Source: Candidatus Latescibacterota bacterium (GTDB taxonomy: Bacteria; Latescibacterota; UBA2968; UBA8231). Taken from it: a stretch of 64,000 nt of DNA. Made by a program: the position numbers and the translations under genes. The stretch spans positions 160,001 through 224,000 of the forward strand of contig OZ242214.1 of NCBI GenBank assembly GCA_965206595.1. The letters are read 5' to 3'. The notes beneath the pieces were generated by a model. It made no database searches and had not been told where the DNA came from. It saw only the letters and a list, made by a program, of their open reading frames with translations. Of this stretch, positions 21,932 through 36,715 are shown one piece after another. Each line of letters opens with the position of its first letter. The stretch's first letter is position 1.

Positions 21932-23317
21932 ATGCCGCACCGTCGCGATGTCCGCGTAACCGCGGCCTCCCTGTATTTTCTGCCGGTGGAGACGCGGGTG
22001 CCGCTGAAGTTCGGCCCCGAGACCCTGACTCACGTCACCTGCGCGCGGGCGGCGGTCGAGGTGGTGGGCGACACCGGGGAGACCGCCGTGGGCTGGGGCG
22101 AGACGCCGCTGAGCGTGCAATGGGTGTGGCCGAGCGACCGCCTGGGCTACGAGGAGCGCCACCAGTCCCTGAAAAGGTTCTGCATCGATCTGGCTGCGGA
22201 GTGGTCGGGGTACGAGACCTCGGGCCACCCCCTGGAGATCGGTCGCCGCTTTCAGGAGGAGCGCCTGGAAAAGGCGCTGGCAGGGCACAACCGCGGGCGC
22301 GAAGAGTACCTGCCGTATCTCGCGGCCCTGGTCTGCTTCTCACCCTTCGACATCGCCCTTCACGACGCCTACGGCAGGCTGCACGGCCTGCCGACCTACG
22401 AGACCTACGGCGGCGCGTTTATGAACTCCGATCTCGCCGATTTCCTCGAGCCGGCCGCGGCCGGGGTCGACTTCGCCGGCACTCACCCGGCGGACTACCT
22501 GCGGCCGCGGCAGAACCGCCTGCCGGCATGGCATCTCGTCGGCGGGCTCGATCCGCTGGACAGGTCGGAGCTCACCGGCGACGAGCCGGAGGACGGCTAC
22601 CCGGTGCTGCTCCGGGACTGGATTCGCACCGACGGGCTGACCTGCCTGAAGGTCAAGCTGCGCGGCAACGACGAGGCGTGGGATTTCGAGCGCCTGCGCA
22701 AGGTCGGGGAGATCGCCGTCGATGGCGAGGCGAGCTGGCTCTCGGCCGACTTCAATTGCACGGTCACCGATCCCCAATACGTCAACGGGATTCTCGACAG
22801 GCTGATGATGGAGCACCCGCGCATCTACGGCATGATCCTCTATGTCGAGCAGCCGTTTCCGTACGATCTCGAGGAGCACGCCATCGACGTTCACGGCGTC
22901 GCCGCCCGCAAGCCGCTGTTCATGGATGAAAGCGCTCACGACTGGCGCCTCGTCCGCCGCGGCAGGGAGCTCGGGTGGACGGGAGTGGCCCTGAAGACCT
23001 GCAAGACGCAGACCGGGGCGCTGCTGAGCCTGTGCTGGGCACGGGCCCACGGAATGACCCTGATGGTCCAGGACCTCACCAACCCGATGCTCGCCCAGAT
23101 ACCCCACGCCCTGCTGGCGGCTCACGCCGGGACCATCATGGGGGTCGAGACCAACAGCATGCAGTTCTACCCTGCCGCCTCGGCCCCCGAGGCCACGGTG
23201 CATCCGGGCGTCTACCGACGGCGCGGTGGCGAGATCGACATGACCTCGGTCCGCGGCCCCGGATTCGGGTACGGTCTCGACCGCATACGCCGGGATCTGC
23301 CCCAACCCTCCGCGTAA
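21932..23317 (+). CDS. Enolase superfamily (mandelate racemase/MLE-like) protein
   Basis: KVK motif, ADFN, EQP and DES metal ligands, LKTCK. Confidence 0.8.
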   Translation: MPHRRDVRVTAASLYFLPVETRVPLKFGPETLTHVTCARAAVEVVGDTGETAVGWGETPLSVQWVWPSDRLGYEERHQSLKRFCIDLAAEWSGYETSGHPLEIGRRFQEERLEKALAGHNRGREEYLPYLAALVCFSPFDIALHDAYGRLHGLPTYETYGGAFMNSDLADFLEPAAAGVDFAGTHPADYLRPRQNRLPAWHLVGGLDPLDRSELTGDEPEDGYPVLLRDWIRTDGLTCLKVKLRGNDEAWDFERLRKVGEIAVDGEASWLSADFNCTVTDPQYVNGILDRLMMEHPRIYGMILYVEQPFPYDLEEHAIDVHGVAARKPLFMDESAHDWRLVRRGRELGWTGVALKTCKTQTGALLSLCWARAHGMTLMVQDLTNPMLAQIPHALLAAHAGTIMGVETNSMQFYPAASAPEATVHPGVYRRRGGEIDMTSVRGPGFGYGLDRIRRDLPQPSA

Positions 23318-23330
23318 AGGAAGCGCTTCC

Positions 23331-24773
23331 ATGGCCGAGGCGATCGCTCTCAAGGAGACGCGCTTCTACATGCGCAACGTGCGCACCCGCATGCCGTTCA
23401 AGTACGGCGCGGCGACGCTCGTCTCGGTGCCGATCCTGCACGTCGGCGTCACCGCGGAGCTCGGAGACAGCACCCCAGCGCGCGGCTGGGCGGCCGACAT
23501 CCTGCCGCCGAAGTGGTTCGACAAGGATCCGGCAAAGGAGTACGAGGAGAACGTCGGCGATCTGATCGCCATGGCGCGCGCCGCGGGCGAGGCGTACGGC
23601 GAAGCCAGCCTTCGCCCCCGCTCGCTGTTCGCCGTCTGGAGCGACGGCTATGAGACGACCCTGGAGGCGGGGCGCAGGGCCGGCCTCAACCCGCTTACCG
23701 CCGGGCACGGCAGCAGCCTGTTCGAACGAGCCCTGATCGACGCCATCGGGACGGCGCGCGGCCTTCCGTACCACCAACTCCTGCGGAGGGATGCCCTCGG
23801 GATCGAACTGTCCGCCCTGCACGGGGAGCTGCAGGGGGTCTCCGTTTCCCAGGCGGTCCCCGCCCGGCCGCTGGGATCCGCGGCCGTCCGCCACACCGTC
23901 GGCATGGCCGATCCGATCCGCAGCAACGAGATCACGGAGGAGGAGCGCCTCGACGACGGGCTCCCGCAGGCCTTGGAGGAATACATCGAGCAGGGGATCC
24001 GCTACCTGAAGATCAAGCTCGGCGGTGTCCTCGAAAGCGACCTGGAGCGCCTGAGGCAGATCGCCGAAGCGCTCGCCGGAGACCGGGAATTCTCCGTGTC
24101 GCTGGATGGCAACGAGCAGTACGAACATCCGGATGAGCTGCTCGAGCTGTTGCGGGCGATGCGCGGCGACCGCAGGCTGCGTGGGCTCTACGAGTCCGTG
24201 ATCTACATCGAGCAGCCCCTCGACCGCGGCCGCGCGCTGGATGGGGACCTCGCCGAGGGTATCCGCGCGCTTTCCGAGCTCAAGCCGGTCGTCATCGACG
24301 AGTCGGACGACGCCTTGGACTCTTTTTCGCGGGCAGCCGGGATCGGATACAACGGCGTCTCGGCAAAAAACTGCAAGGGCCTTATCAAGGCGATCGCCAA
24401 CCTCGCCCTGACCATCAAGTTCGGCGCGGATTCCGGCGCCCCCTTCATGGTGACCGCAGAAGACCTGATGAATCTTCCGGTAGTGCCACTGCAGCAGGAT
24501 CTGGCGCAGGTCGCAGCGCTCGGTATCCGCCATGTCGAGCGCAACGGCCATCACTACGTGCGCGGTCTCGACCACCTCAGCGAGGCGGAGAGGGCAGGCT
24601 GCGAGCGGGCTCACGCGGGGCTGTATCGCCGGGAGGGGGGGATGACGAGGCTCGACATCCGCGGCGGCCGCATCGACCTGAGATCGCTCCAGGTCCCCGG
24701 GCTCGGCGTCGGCGTGAAGGTGGACTGGGAGACGATGGTGCCCCTGGATCAGTGGCGCTTCGACTCGTTATAG
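23331..24773 (+). CDS. Second enolase superfamily protein
   Basis: KIK, DGNE, EQP, DES, KNCKG, ERNGHHY; RBS AAGGAAG. Confidence 0.8.
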   Translation: MAEAIALKETRFYMRNVRTRMPFKYGAATLVSVPILHVGVTAELGDSTPARGWAADILPPKWFDKDPAKEYEENVGDLIAMARAAGEAYGEASLRPRSLFAVWSDGYETTLEAGRRAGLNPLTAGHGSSLFERALIDAIGTARGLPYHQLLRRDALGIELSALHGELQGVSVSQAVPARPLGSAAVRHTVGMADPIRSNEITEEERLDDGLPQALEEYIEQGIRYLKIKLGGVLESDLERLRQIAEALAGDREFSVSLDGNEQYEHPDELLELLRAMRGDRRLRGLYESVIYIEQPLDRGRALDGDLAEGIRALSELKPVVIDESDDALDSFSRAAGIGYNGVSAKNCKGLIKAIANLALTIKFGADSGAPFMVTAEDLMNLPVVPLQQDLAQVAALGIRHVERNGHHYVRGLDHLSEAERAGCERAHAGLYRREGGMTRLDIRGGRIDLRSLQVPGLGVGVKVDWETMVPLDQWRFDSL

Positions 24774-24861
24774 CGCCCGGCCCGCAATTCCCTGAACGGG
24801 GCCGTCGCGTCCCGCACGTGGTTCCATCCCGAACTGAAGCGGGACGGAGAAACCGCAGAGG

Positions 24862-27102
<2,241 letters not shown>

Positions 27103-27169
27103 CTATACTGCTCCGCTCGACAGATTCCAAGCTGACCTCCGCAACAAACCAAATATCGGACGTAGATCC

Positions 27170-28027
27170 TTGCAGAGCCTCTCCGCCTATTTCGAGCTCA
27201 CCAAACCGCGCATAACGATTCTCGTCCTGGTGACGACCGCCCTGGGATTTTTTCTCGGAGGCCGCGGCATTCACTCGGCCCCGCTGCTGGTCGTGACCCT
27301 GCTCGGCACGGCGCTGACCGCGGGAGGCTCGGCGGTCCTCAACCACTACTTCGAACGCGAGATCGATCGCTCGATGAGGCGCACGCGGTCGCGCCCGATT
27401 CCCATGGGGGTGATATCACCCGCTGCGGCCGTGTCGTACGGGCTTTGCCTGACTCTCGCGGGGCTCGTTCTCCTGATCAACACCGTCAACCTGATCACCG
27501 CCTTCCTCGCGCTGCTCACCGCCTTCCTCTACGTCGTGATCTACACGCCGATGAAACGGCTGACTTGGCTGAACACCTCCCTGGGCTCGATTCCCGGGGC
27601 CCTGCCTCCGGTCGGTGGATGGACCGCGGCGGCAGGCGAGCTCGAGCTCGGGGCCTGGGCGCTGTTCGCCATCCTGTTCGCCTGGCAGCATCCGCATTTC
27701 TACGCCATTGCCTTGATCTTCAGGGAGGACTACGCCCGCGCCGGCTTCAAGATGCTGCCCGTCCTCGAAAAGGACGGCAGGCGGACCTGCCGCCATATCG
27801 TCGCCTTCTCCATCCTGCTGCTCGCCGCCTCCACGGTCCCGGTGTTTCTCGGGCTTTCGGGATCGCTCTATCTCGCCGGCGCCCTCATCCTCGGTCTCGG
27901 CATGCTGGCGTCCGCGGTTGCCCTGAACGTCACCCGTTCCACCATCGAAGCGCGGCGGCTGCTGCGGGCATCCGTCCTCTATCTTCCTCTGCTGCTGTTG
28001 CTGACCGTCGTCGACGTCAGCTTCTGA
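27170..28027 (+). CDS. cyoE: Protoheme IX farnesyltransferase (heme o synthase)
   Basis: ELTKPRI, DRSMRRTRSRPIP, YTPMKR, GALPP.GGW, WQHPHF, DYARAG; probable TTG start. Confidence 0.94.
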   Translation: MQSLSAYFELTKPRITILVLVTTALGFFLGGRGIHSAPLLVVTLLGTALTAGGSAVLNHYFEREIDRSMRRTRSRPIPMGVISPAAAVSYGLCLTLAGLVLLINTVNLITAFLALLTAFLYVVIYTPMKRLTWLNTSLGSIPGALPPVGGWTAAAGELELGAWALFAILFAWQHPHFYAIALIFREDYARAGFKMLPVLEKDGRRTCRHIVAFSILLLAASTVPVFLGLSGSLYLAGALILGLGMLASAVALNVTRSTIEARRLLRASVLYLPLLLLLTVVDVSF

Positions 28028-28676
28028 GCCCCATCCCGGGCACCTGCCGCTTCGTTCGTTCCAGGAACCGCTCCGCCCCGGCCAGGTCTTCCGGCGTGTT
28101 GACGTTGGCGAAGGCCATGCCGTGAGGGTCGAGGTGGCCGTACTCCACGGGCGGCAGCAGGCACACCCGCAGGCGGCGAACAAACGCGCTGACCCCTAGG
28201 TTTCCCCCGGCCAGCGCCTGCTGCAGGAGAGGCCGGCAGGTATCGCGGTACACCGCGCACAGGGGTTGGAGGCCGGTACGGTCCTCGGGGACCGCGGCGT
28301 CGCAATCGGCCTCGGATTTCTCGAGCAGGAACTCCAGCATCGGGGCGGTGAGAAACGGAAGGTCGCATGCGAGGGCGAGGACCCGCTCCGGGGAGTCGGT
28401 TTCGAAGGCGGTGAGAAGGCCCCCGAGGGGGCCCTGGCCGGGATAGTGGTCGCCGGTGATCCCCAGGTCGGATCCGGCCGCGGCAACGGCGCGCAGCTGT
28501 GGCGACGGGGCGGTTCCGGTGACGACGCGGATCGGCAGGCCGAGAGGCCGCACCGCGGTCATAACCCGTTCGAGCAGGGTGGCGCGGCCGAGCCGCAGCA
28601 GGGCCTTTTCGCCTCCACCCATTCTGCGGCTGCGCCCTCCGGCAAGGACGGCCACGACCGCGGAAGCTTTACCCAC
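28017..28676 (-). CDS. mobA: Molybdenum cofactor guanylyltransferase-like NTP transferase
   Basis: LAGGRSRRMG..KA, GPLGG, ACDLPF, PLCAVY, NVNTPED; GTG start overlapping larB. Confidence 0.88.
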   Translation of the reverse strand: MGKASAVVAVLAGGRSRRMGGGEKALLRLGRATLLERVMTAVRPLGLPIRVVTGTAPSPQLRAVAAAGSDLGITGDHYPGQGPLGGLLTAFETDSPERVLALACDLPFLTAPMLEFLLEKSEADCDAAVPEDRTGLQPLCAVYRDTCRPLLQQALAGGNLGVSAFVRRLRVCLLPPVEYGHLDPHGMAFANVNTPEDLAGAERFLERTKRQVPGMGLRS

Positions 28677-29448
28677 CTCGGTCCGGCGTCGAGGATCGCT
28701 TGTTGATGAGGGCCGCGGCGTACCCGGCGCCGTAGCCGTTGTCGATGTTGACGACGAGGACCCCGGAGGCACAGGAGTTTAACATCGCCAGCAGGGCGGC
28801 GAGTCCCTGGAAACTGGCGCCGTATCCGATGCTCGTCGGCACCGCGATCACGGGTGTTTCCACCAGCCCGCCGACGACGCTGGCCAGGGCCCCTTCCATT
28901 CCGGCGACGACGACCACCACCTCGGCCTCGCGCAGGCGCCCGGCGTGGGCGAGCAGCCTGTGGATGCCGGCGACGCCGACATCGAAAATCGTCTCGACGC
29001 GCGCGCCCATGACAGAGGCGGTCACCGCGGCTTCCCGGGCTACCGGTATGTCCGAGGTTCCGGCCGACACCACCAGGACGAGCCCCTTTTCCGGCAGCGG
29101 TTCGACCCCGGACGGGCGGACCACCACGGTGCGAGCCGAAGCATCGACCTCGGCGTCTTCGAAGCGGTCGGACATTGCGGTGGCGAGATCGCCGTCGACT
29201 CGCGTCGCCAGGACTACCGACTGCTTCGCCAGGATGCGGGCGGTTATTTCCACAACCTGGTCAACGGTCTTTCCCTCGCAGAAGATCGTTTCGGGAAAGC
29301 CCCGGCGAAGAACCCGGTGGTGATCGACGTGGGCGAACCCGCCGACCTCCTCGAATGGAAGGTCTTTCAGCCGTGAAAGCGCTTCCGCGGGGCTTACCCG
29401 TCCTGCCGCGACCCCGTCGAGAAGCTGGCGGAGCAGGTCGGCGTTCAT
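28669..29448 (-). CDS. larB: Nickel-pincer cofactor biosynthesis protein LarB
   Basis: DHHR..RRGFPE.IFCEGKT, AGTSD.PVA.EA, DVGVAGIHRL, AGMEGAL, PTSIGYG, NSCASG..VVNIDNG. Confidence 0.93.
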   Translation of the reverse strand: MNADLLRQLLDGVAAGRVSPAEALSRLKDLPFEEVGGFAHVDHHRVLRRGFPETIFCEGKTVDQVVEITARILAKQSVVLATRVDGDLATAMSDRFEDAEVDASARTVVVRPSGVEPLPEKGLVLVVSAGTSDIPVAREAAVTASVMGARVETIFDVGVAGIHRLLAHAGRLREAEVVVVVAGMEGALASVVGGLVETPVIAVPTSIGYGASFQGLAALLAMLNSCASGVLVVNIDNGYGAGYAAALINKRSSTPDRGG

Positions 29449-29616
29449 ATCTCTTCAGGAGGCGGGAAGAACGCGGCCGCGCGCTTCCGCCAGGGGCACC
29501 CGGGGAAAAAAAGGGGAAGGTATCGGGGAATTTCCGGCATTCTTCGCCTTCGCTGGAGAAACCTCAAAGGGGGTGTATATGGCCGTGGTGCCGCGGCTTC
29601 ATGGAGACCTCGCGGG

Positions 29617-30945
29617 CTACTGGCCGCGACAGCAGCGAAAACCGAGTTCCAGTCCATCCTGGCGAACGTAGGATGAGAAGATCGGGTCCTGCATCAGTTT
29701 CTCGATCTCCGTTTCGGAGTAGATGTCGAAATCACCCGCGGCCGGGATCGGCTCGAAGCGCCCGCTGGCATTCGTACAATCGAAGTCGGTGCTGACACCG
29801 CTCAGCCGGAACTCCCCCTGCCGCTCGGACAAGGAGGTGAAATCCATCGTCCACTCGAAGGCGTTGCCGATAAGGTCGTACACCCCCGCGGAGCTGCTGC
29901 AGTTCGGGAAAAAACCGGACGGAGCGACATCGGTGTATTCGGGTGAATCACCGGCGGTCGCCGATCCGGTGGTGTTGCAGTAACGCCGCCCGAAGTTTTC
30001 GGGCAGGCTCTCACGCACGTCGGTGGAAGAGAACCGCAGCCCCTCCGGACCCCTACAGGCGTGCTCCCACTCCGCCGAGGAGCAGAGCCTCTTCCCCTGA
30101 TCGGCGCACAGGCGCGCCGCCTCGAACCAGGATTTCGTCAACAGCGGCGGCTCGCCCCTGCGGTTCGGGTGTTCGTACAGGTCGATCTCGTAGGGGATCC
30201 CGGCGCCGTCTTCCCCCGGTATTTTCAGGGCCGTCATACCGGTTTCCTGAAGCTCGGGCACCGTTACCTGCAACAGGATCTCCGAGCGCACCGTGTCGGC
30301 GCCATCCGTCACTTCGAGGAGGACCGTGTAGGCGCCCGGGAACAGCGGGGTGATGTTCGCCTGCGTCCGGCCGCTTTCCATGCTGCGTTGGAGCAGCGCC
30401 TGGGGAGATCCTTCCGCGAGCCGCCAGTCGAAGGTCAGCGGATCGCCGTCTTCGTCCTCCGCGAATGCCTCGAGGACCACTACGTGCTCGCGGAAATGAA
30501 CCAGGGTATCGGTCACCGACGTCCGCAACGAGGGGGAGGACTGGATCACCTCGATCAGGAACGACTCGGTAATGTCTTCGGTTTCGTGCTGGCGATCGCT
30601 GATCGTCGCCGAAACCAGGAAGAACTCGGAACTGCCCTGAATGGAAAGGGGGGCGGTCCAGATGGTTGCGGGGCTCGTCGTGTCGCTGAAGCTGCCTGCA
30701 CCCGAGTCGTTCCAGGAGTACAGCAGCGGATCGTCGTCTTCGTCGGAAGCCCTTACCTCCAGCGACACCGATCCCCCGCGCCGGACGCGGGTGGTGTCGG
30801 CCGAGCTAACCTGGAGTGCAGGGGGTTCGTTCGGCAGCTCCTGGTGGAGGAGGCTGCAGGAAGCCGCTGCCATCAGCACCATTCCCAGGCTCGCCGGCAG
30901 CCGGCAGCCGGCGGCGTGCCGGTGCGGTGAAAAGCCGCGGGGCAC
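29617..30945 (-). CDS. Lipoprotein with Ig/PKD-like domains and C-terminal FGE-sulfatase (SUMF1-like) domain
   Basis: Lipobox AAAS-C; two D.D.DPL.Y/F.W Ig-like units; WFEAARLC..GKRLC..EWEHAC, DLIGNAFEW, GFRCC; start uncertain. Confidence 0.8.
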   Translation of the reverse strand: MPRGFSPHRHAAGCRLPASLGMVLMAAASCSLLHQELPNEPPALQVSSADTTRVRRGGSVSLEVRASDEDDDPLLYSWNDSGAGSFSDTTSPATIWTAPLSIQGSSEFFLVSATISDRQHETEDITESFLIEVIQSSPSLRTSVTDTLVHFREHVVVLEAFAEDEDGDPLTFDWRLAEGSPQALLQRSMESGRTQANITPLFPGAYTVLLEVTDGADTVRSEILLQVTVPELQETGMTALKIPGEDGAGIPYEIDLYEHPNRRGEPPLLTKSWFEAARLCADQGKRLCSSAEWEHACRGPEGLRFSSTDVRESLPENFGRRYCNTTGSATAGDSPEYTDVAPSGFFPNCSSSAGVYDLIGNAFEWTMDFTSLSERQGEFRLSGVSTDFDCTNASGRFEPIPAAGDFDIYSETEIEKLMQDPIFSSYVRQDGLELGFRCCRGQ

Positions 30946-31817
30946 TACTCGTCGCGCAGGAGCAGCTCGAGTATGCGCTCGAGATCGTCGTCGTCGTAGA
31001 ACTCGATCTCGACACGCCCCTTTTTCGAGTTGCGCCGGATACCCACGGAGGTCGCGAAGAAGTGGCGCAGCCGCTCCTCGTAGGCCGCAAGCAAAGGATC
31101 GGCGGGCGGGTCGCCGTTGACGGTTGGCTCGCGGCGCCGCCGCCGTCCCGATCCGGCCTTGCGGGTGGCGCTCTCGAGATCGCGGACGGTCAAGCCTTCG
31201 CTGACGGCGCGGCGTCCGAGCTCGAGGGCGTCGTCGAGCTCGAGGGAGACCAGCGTCCGGGCGTGTCCCATCTGAAGCTGGCCGGAACGCAGAAAATCCT
31301 GGAGTTCCTCAGGCAGCTTCAAAAGCCGCACGGTGTTGGCGATGGTCGAGCGGTCGCGGCCGACTTTTCGAGCGATATCCTCCTGGGTCAGCAGGCAGGT
31401 GTCCATCAACTCGCGATATCCCTGGGCCTCTTCAATCGGATTGAGATCTTCCCGCTGGATGTTCTCGATCAGCGAGAGTTCCATCAACTCCTCGGTGGAG
31501 TCGATCTCGTGCACGATGGCCGGAATCGTCTCCATCCCGGCCATCCTGGCTGCACGCCAGCGGCGTTCGCCTGCGATCAGATGGTAGCCCTGGCCGGAAC
31601 GGTTCACCGAGACGGGCTGGATGACCCCCTTTTCCTGGATGGAGCGCATCAGGCCGCGCAAGCTCTCCTCATCGAAATCGACGCGCTGCTGGTGGGGATT
31701 GGGTTCGATGTCGTCGACGGGAAGCGGAACGACCTGAACGCCCCCTTTGGCGCTGGTCTCACCGTATTCGGGGATCAGGGCGTGGATGCCCTTACCCAAT
31801 ACCTGCTTCTTAGCCAT
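30945..31817 (-). CDS. parB: Chromosome partitioning protein ParB/Spo0J
   Basis: LGKGIHALI, PNPHQ, GVIQP, IAGERRWRA, ENIQREDLNPIEEA, HTH. Confidence 0.96.
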   Translation of the reverse strand: MAKKQVLGKGIHALIPEYGETSAKGGVQVVPLPVDDIEPNPHQQRVDFDEESLRGLMRSIQEKGVIQPVSVNRSGQGYHLIAGERRWRAARMAGMETIPAIVHEIDSTEELMELSLIENIQREDLNPIEEAQGYRELMDTCLLTQEDIARKVGRDRSTIANTVRLLKLPEELQDFLRSGQLQMGHARTLVSLELDDALELGRRAVSEGLTVRDLESATRKAGSGRRRRREPTVNGDPPADPLLAAYEERLRHFFATSVGIRRNSKKGRVEIEFYDDDDLERILELLLRDE

Positions 31818-32652
31818 GCCGAATGATCTCTCCGGCGAGGCTCATGTAGTTCTGGGCACCGGGAGAAACGATATCGTAGAGGACGATCGGTTGTCCGTGA
31901 CCGGGGGCTTCCGCCAGGCGCACGTTTCGCGTTATCGCCGTACTGTAGACCTTGGTCCCGAAATAGGACCGAACCTCGTCGGCAACCTGGCGCGAGAGAT
32001 TCAGGCGGGAGTCGAACATGGTCAGCAGGACGCCGGCGATCTGAAGGCCCTTGTTGAGGTGGCGCTGAATCAGCCGGATGGTGTTGAGCAGTTTGCCGAG
32101 CCCTTCGAGCGCGTAGTATTCGCACTGAATCGGGATGAGCACCGAGTGGGCGGCGGTCAGGGAGTTGAGCGTCAGCAGCCCCAGGGATGGCGGGCAATCG
32201 AGGATGATGTAGGAGTAGTCCTGCTGCAACTCGGCGAGCGCGGTCCGCAGCTTCTGTTCGCGAGCGATCAGGCTGACCATCTCGACCTCGGCCCCGGTCA
32301 GGTTCATGTGCGAAGGGACGAGCGACAGGTGGGAAATCTGCGTCGGGCGCACGACATCCCTGGCAGACTGGTGGCCGAGAAGGGCGTGGTAGACGTTGGC
32401 GGCTTCGACCTCTCGTGGTTCCACCCCGCAGCCGCTGGTCGCGTTGGCCTGCGGATCCATGTCTACGAGCAATGTCTGCTGCTCGGCAACCGCGAGGCAT
32501 GCCGCGAGATTTACCGCCGTTGTCGTCTTGCCGACCCCCCCCTTCTGGTTGGCCACGGCGATGATCCGCCCCATCCGTTTGCCCGCTTGCGCATCCGGAG
32601 TCTCGGCAGGTTCAGGGGCTATTCCCGGTTCGGCGGACAGCTCTGCTGACAT
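31810..32652 (-). CDS. parA: Chromosome partitioning ATPase ParA/Soj
   Basis: NQKGGVGKTTT, DMDPQANAT, DCPPSLG, QCEYYALEG; true start may be about 26 codons further in (MGRIIAV). Confidence 0.96.
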   Translation of the reverse strand: MSAELSAEPGIAPEPAETPDAQAGKRMGRIIAVANQKGGVGKTTTAVNLAACLAVAEQQTLLVDMDPQANATSGCGVEPREVEAANVYHALLGHQSARDVVRPTQISHLSLVPSHMNLTGAEVEMVSLIAREQKLRTALAELQQDYSYIILDCPPSLGLLTLNSLTAAHSVLIPIQCEYYALEGLGKLLNTIRLIQRHLNKGLQIAGVLLTMFDSRLNLSRQVADEVRSYFGTKVYSTAITRNVRLAEAPGHGQPIVLYDIVSPGAQNYMSLAGEIIRHG

Positions 32653-32667
32653 CGGCGTCTTCCCTAC

Positions 32668-35319
<2,652 letters not shown>

Positions 35320-35515
35320 CTGGATTGGCGGCGGTGGATGAGGGCGGTGGGAAACCACTGCCCGAGGATGGGAGATCGGCCGCCGAGATTCTCGGGCGAC
35401 GGGGATGAGCGCCGGTTCGGGGCGCGGGTCAGTTGTCGCCGGGAGGCGGAGGCACTGCGAAAGAGGCTGGAATATATCCCGGGGGAGGGACCCCGGCAAG
35501 GAGTCCCGAACCTGC

Positions 35516-36532
35516 TCAGCCCCACACTTTTTCCCACCTGTTGCTCGCGGCCGAGCGATAGATCGCCAGCGCGGTTCTGAGCTCGCCGAGGGCCATTTCG
35601 GGTCCCGCTTCCGGCTGCTTGCCGTCGAGAACGGCTTTCGAGAAGTCGTCGAGCTGCGGTCCGAACGACTTGGGATATCCCATCGGTTCCATCACCGGCA
35701 TCCCGTCACGATGGTCGCTGTCGAACAGCCGCAGCCCTCCGTCGAAACCGCCGTCGATCAGGATCTCGCCACGCGTGCCGGTGATCCGCCACCAGGAATC
35801 CGGAGCGAGCACGGTCTCGAGCATCATGGCGTCGAACATCGCCACGCGGCCCGACTCGAAACGCAGCAGGGCGCGGGCAAGGGATTCCCCTTCCATTCTT
35901 TCGAGGGGTCTGTCGACCACGGCGACGACTTCGTCCACCTCCCCCATCCACATGCGCAGCGGCCGGATCCAGTGGGCGCCCCCGTCTATGGTGATGCCCC
36001 CCCCGGTGCGCCTCCTGTCGTAACGCCACGGCTTTTCGTCCTTGAACCAGTAGTCGTCGAACTCCATGACGAACGCCGCCCTCGCGGTGAGGATGTCGCC
36101 GATGGCCCCGTCGTCGATCAGGCGTTTGGCGGCGACGATCTCGGGCCAGTATTGCGAGTTCTCGGCGACCATGAAAACCACCCCGCTGCCGGCCGCTGCG
36201 GACATGATGCGGTCGCAGGCGTCGAGGGTGGGGGCCATCGGTTTTTCGAGCAGCACGTGCTTGCCGGCTTCGAACAGCCTGCAGGCAGCCCACTCGTGCA
36301 AATCGTGGGGCAGCATCACGTCCACGGCGTCGAAGTCGCCGCGGAGGAGGGCGTCATCGAGGGATGTGAAGATCTCTGCTCCTGTCTTTTTGCAGATTCC
36401 TTCCGCTTTTCCGGCATCGGTGTCGATTGCCGTGGTGATCTCGATGCGGGGGGCGCTCTCGCGAATCCCGTCGAGGTGAAAATGCGATATGGCCCCGCAC
36501 CCCAGCAGCGCGAGCTTCATGGTTTCGGTCAT
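35516..36532 (-). CDS. Gfo/Idh/MocA family oxidoreductase
   Basis: LGCGAI, GKHVLLEKP, GGG...DGGAHWI. Confidence 0.9.
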   Translation of the reverse strand: MTETMKLALLGCGAISHFHLDGIRESAPRIEITTAIDTDAGKAEGICKKTGAEIFTSLDDALLRGDFDAVDVMLPHDLHEWAACRLFEAGKHVLLEKPMAPTLDACDRIMSAAAGSGVVFMVAENSQYWPEIVAAKRLIDDGAIGDILTARAAFVMEFDDYWFKDEKPWRYDRRRTGGGITIDGGAHWIRPLRMWMGEVDEVVAVVDRPLERMEGESLARALLRFESGRVAMFDAMMLETVLAPDSWWRITGTRGEILIDGGFDGGLRLFDSDHRDGMPVMEPMGYPKSFGPQLDDFSKAVLDGKQPEAGPEMALGELRTALAIYRSAASNRWEKVWG

Positions 36533-36715
36533 TTCAATCTCCGGAAACTTTGAAGTTCAATGTCTTTTTCGAAAATCAAGGTAAATGGCGGAAACCTGCT
36601 ATCAAGAGCCGGCTCCCCGTCACTATATTTGGATTGCCCATGAAGTCACAGGATTCCGCATCCTGAAATCAATGCGCGGAACAATTTGCAATCGCGTGAA
36701 CGGGAGGGAACAGCG

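Noticed and set aside
30945-32652. Plasmid/prophage partition cassette or nearby oriC
   Set aside because: Chromosomal Soj/Spo0J type among housekeeping genes; no rep, phage genes or DnaA-box cluster seen
36533-36715. Fur box or cobalamin/TPP riboswitch upstream of the TonB receptor
   Set aside because: AT-rich but no convincing consensus match
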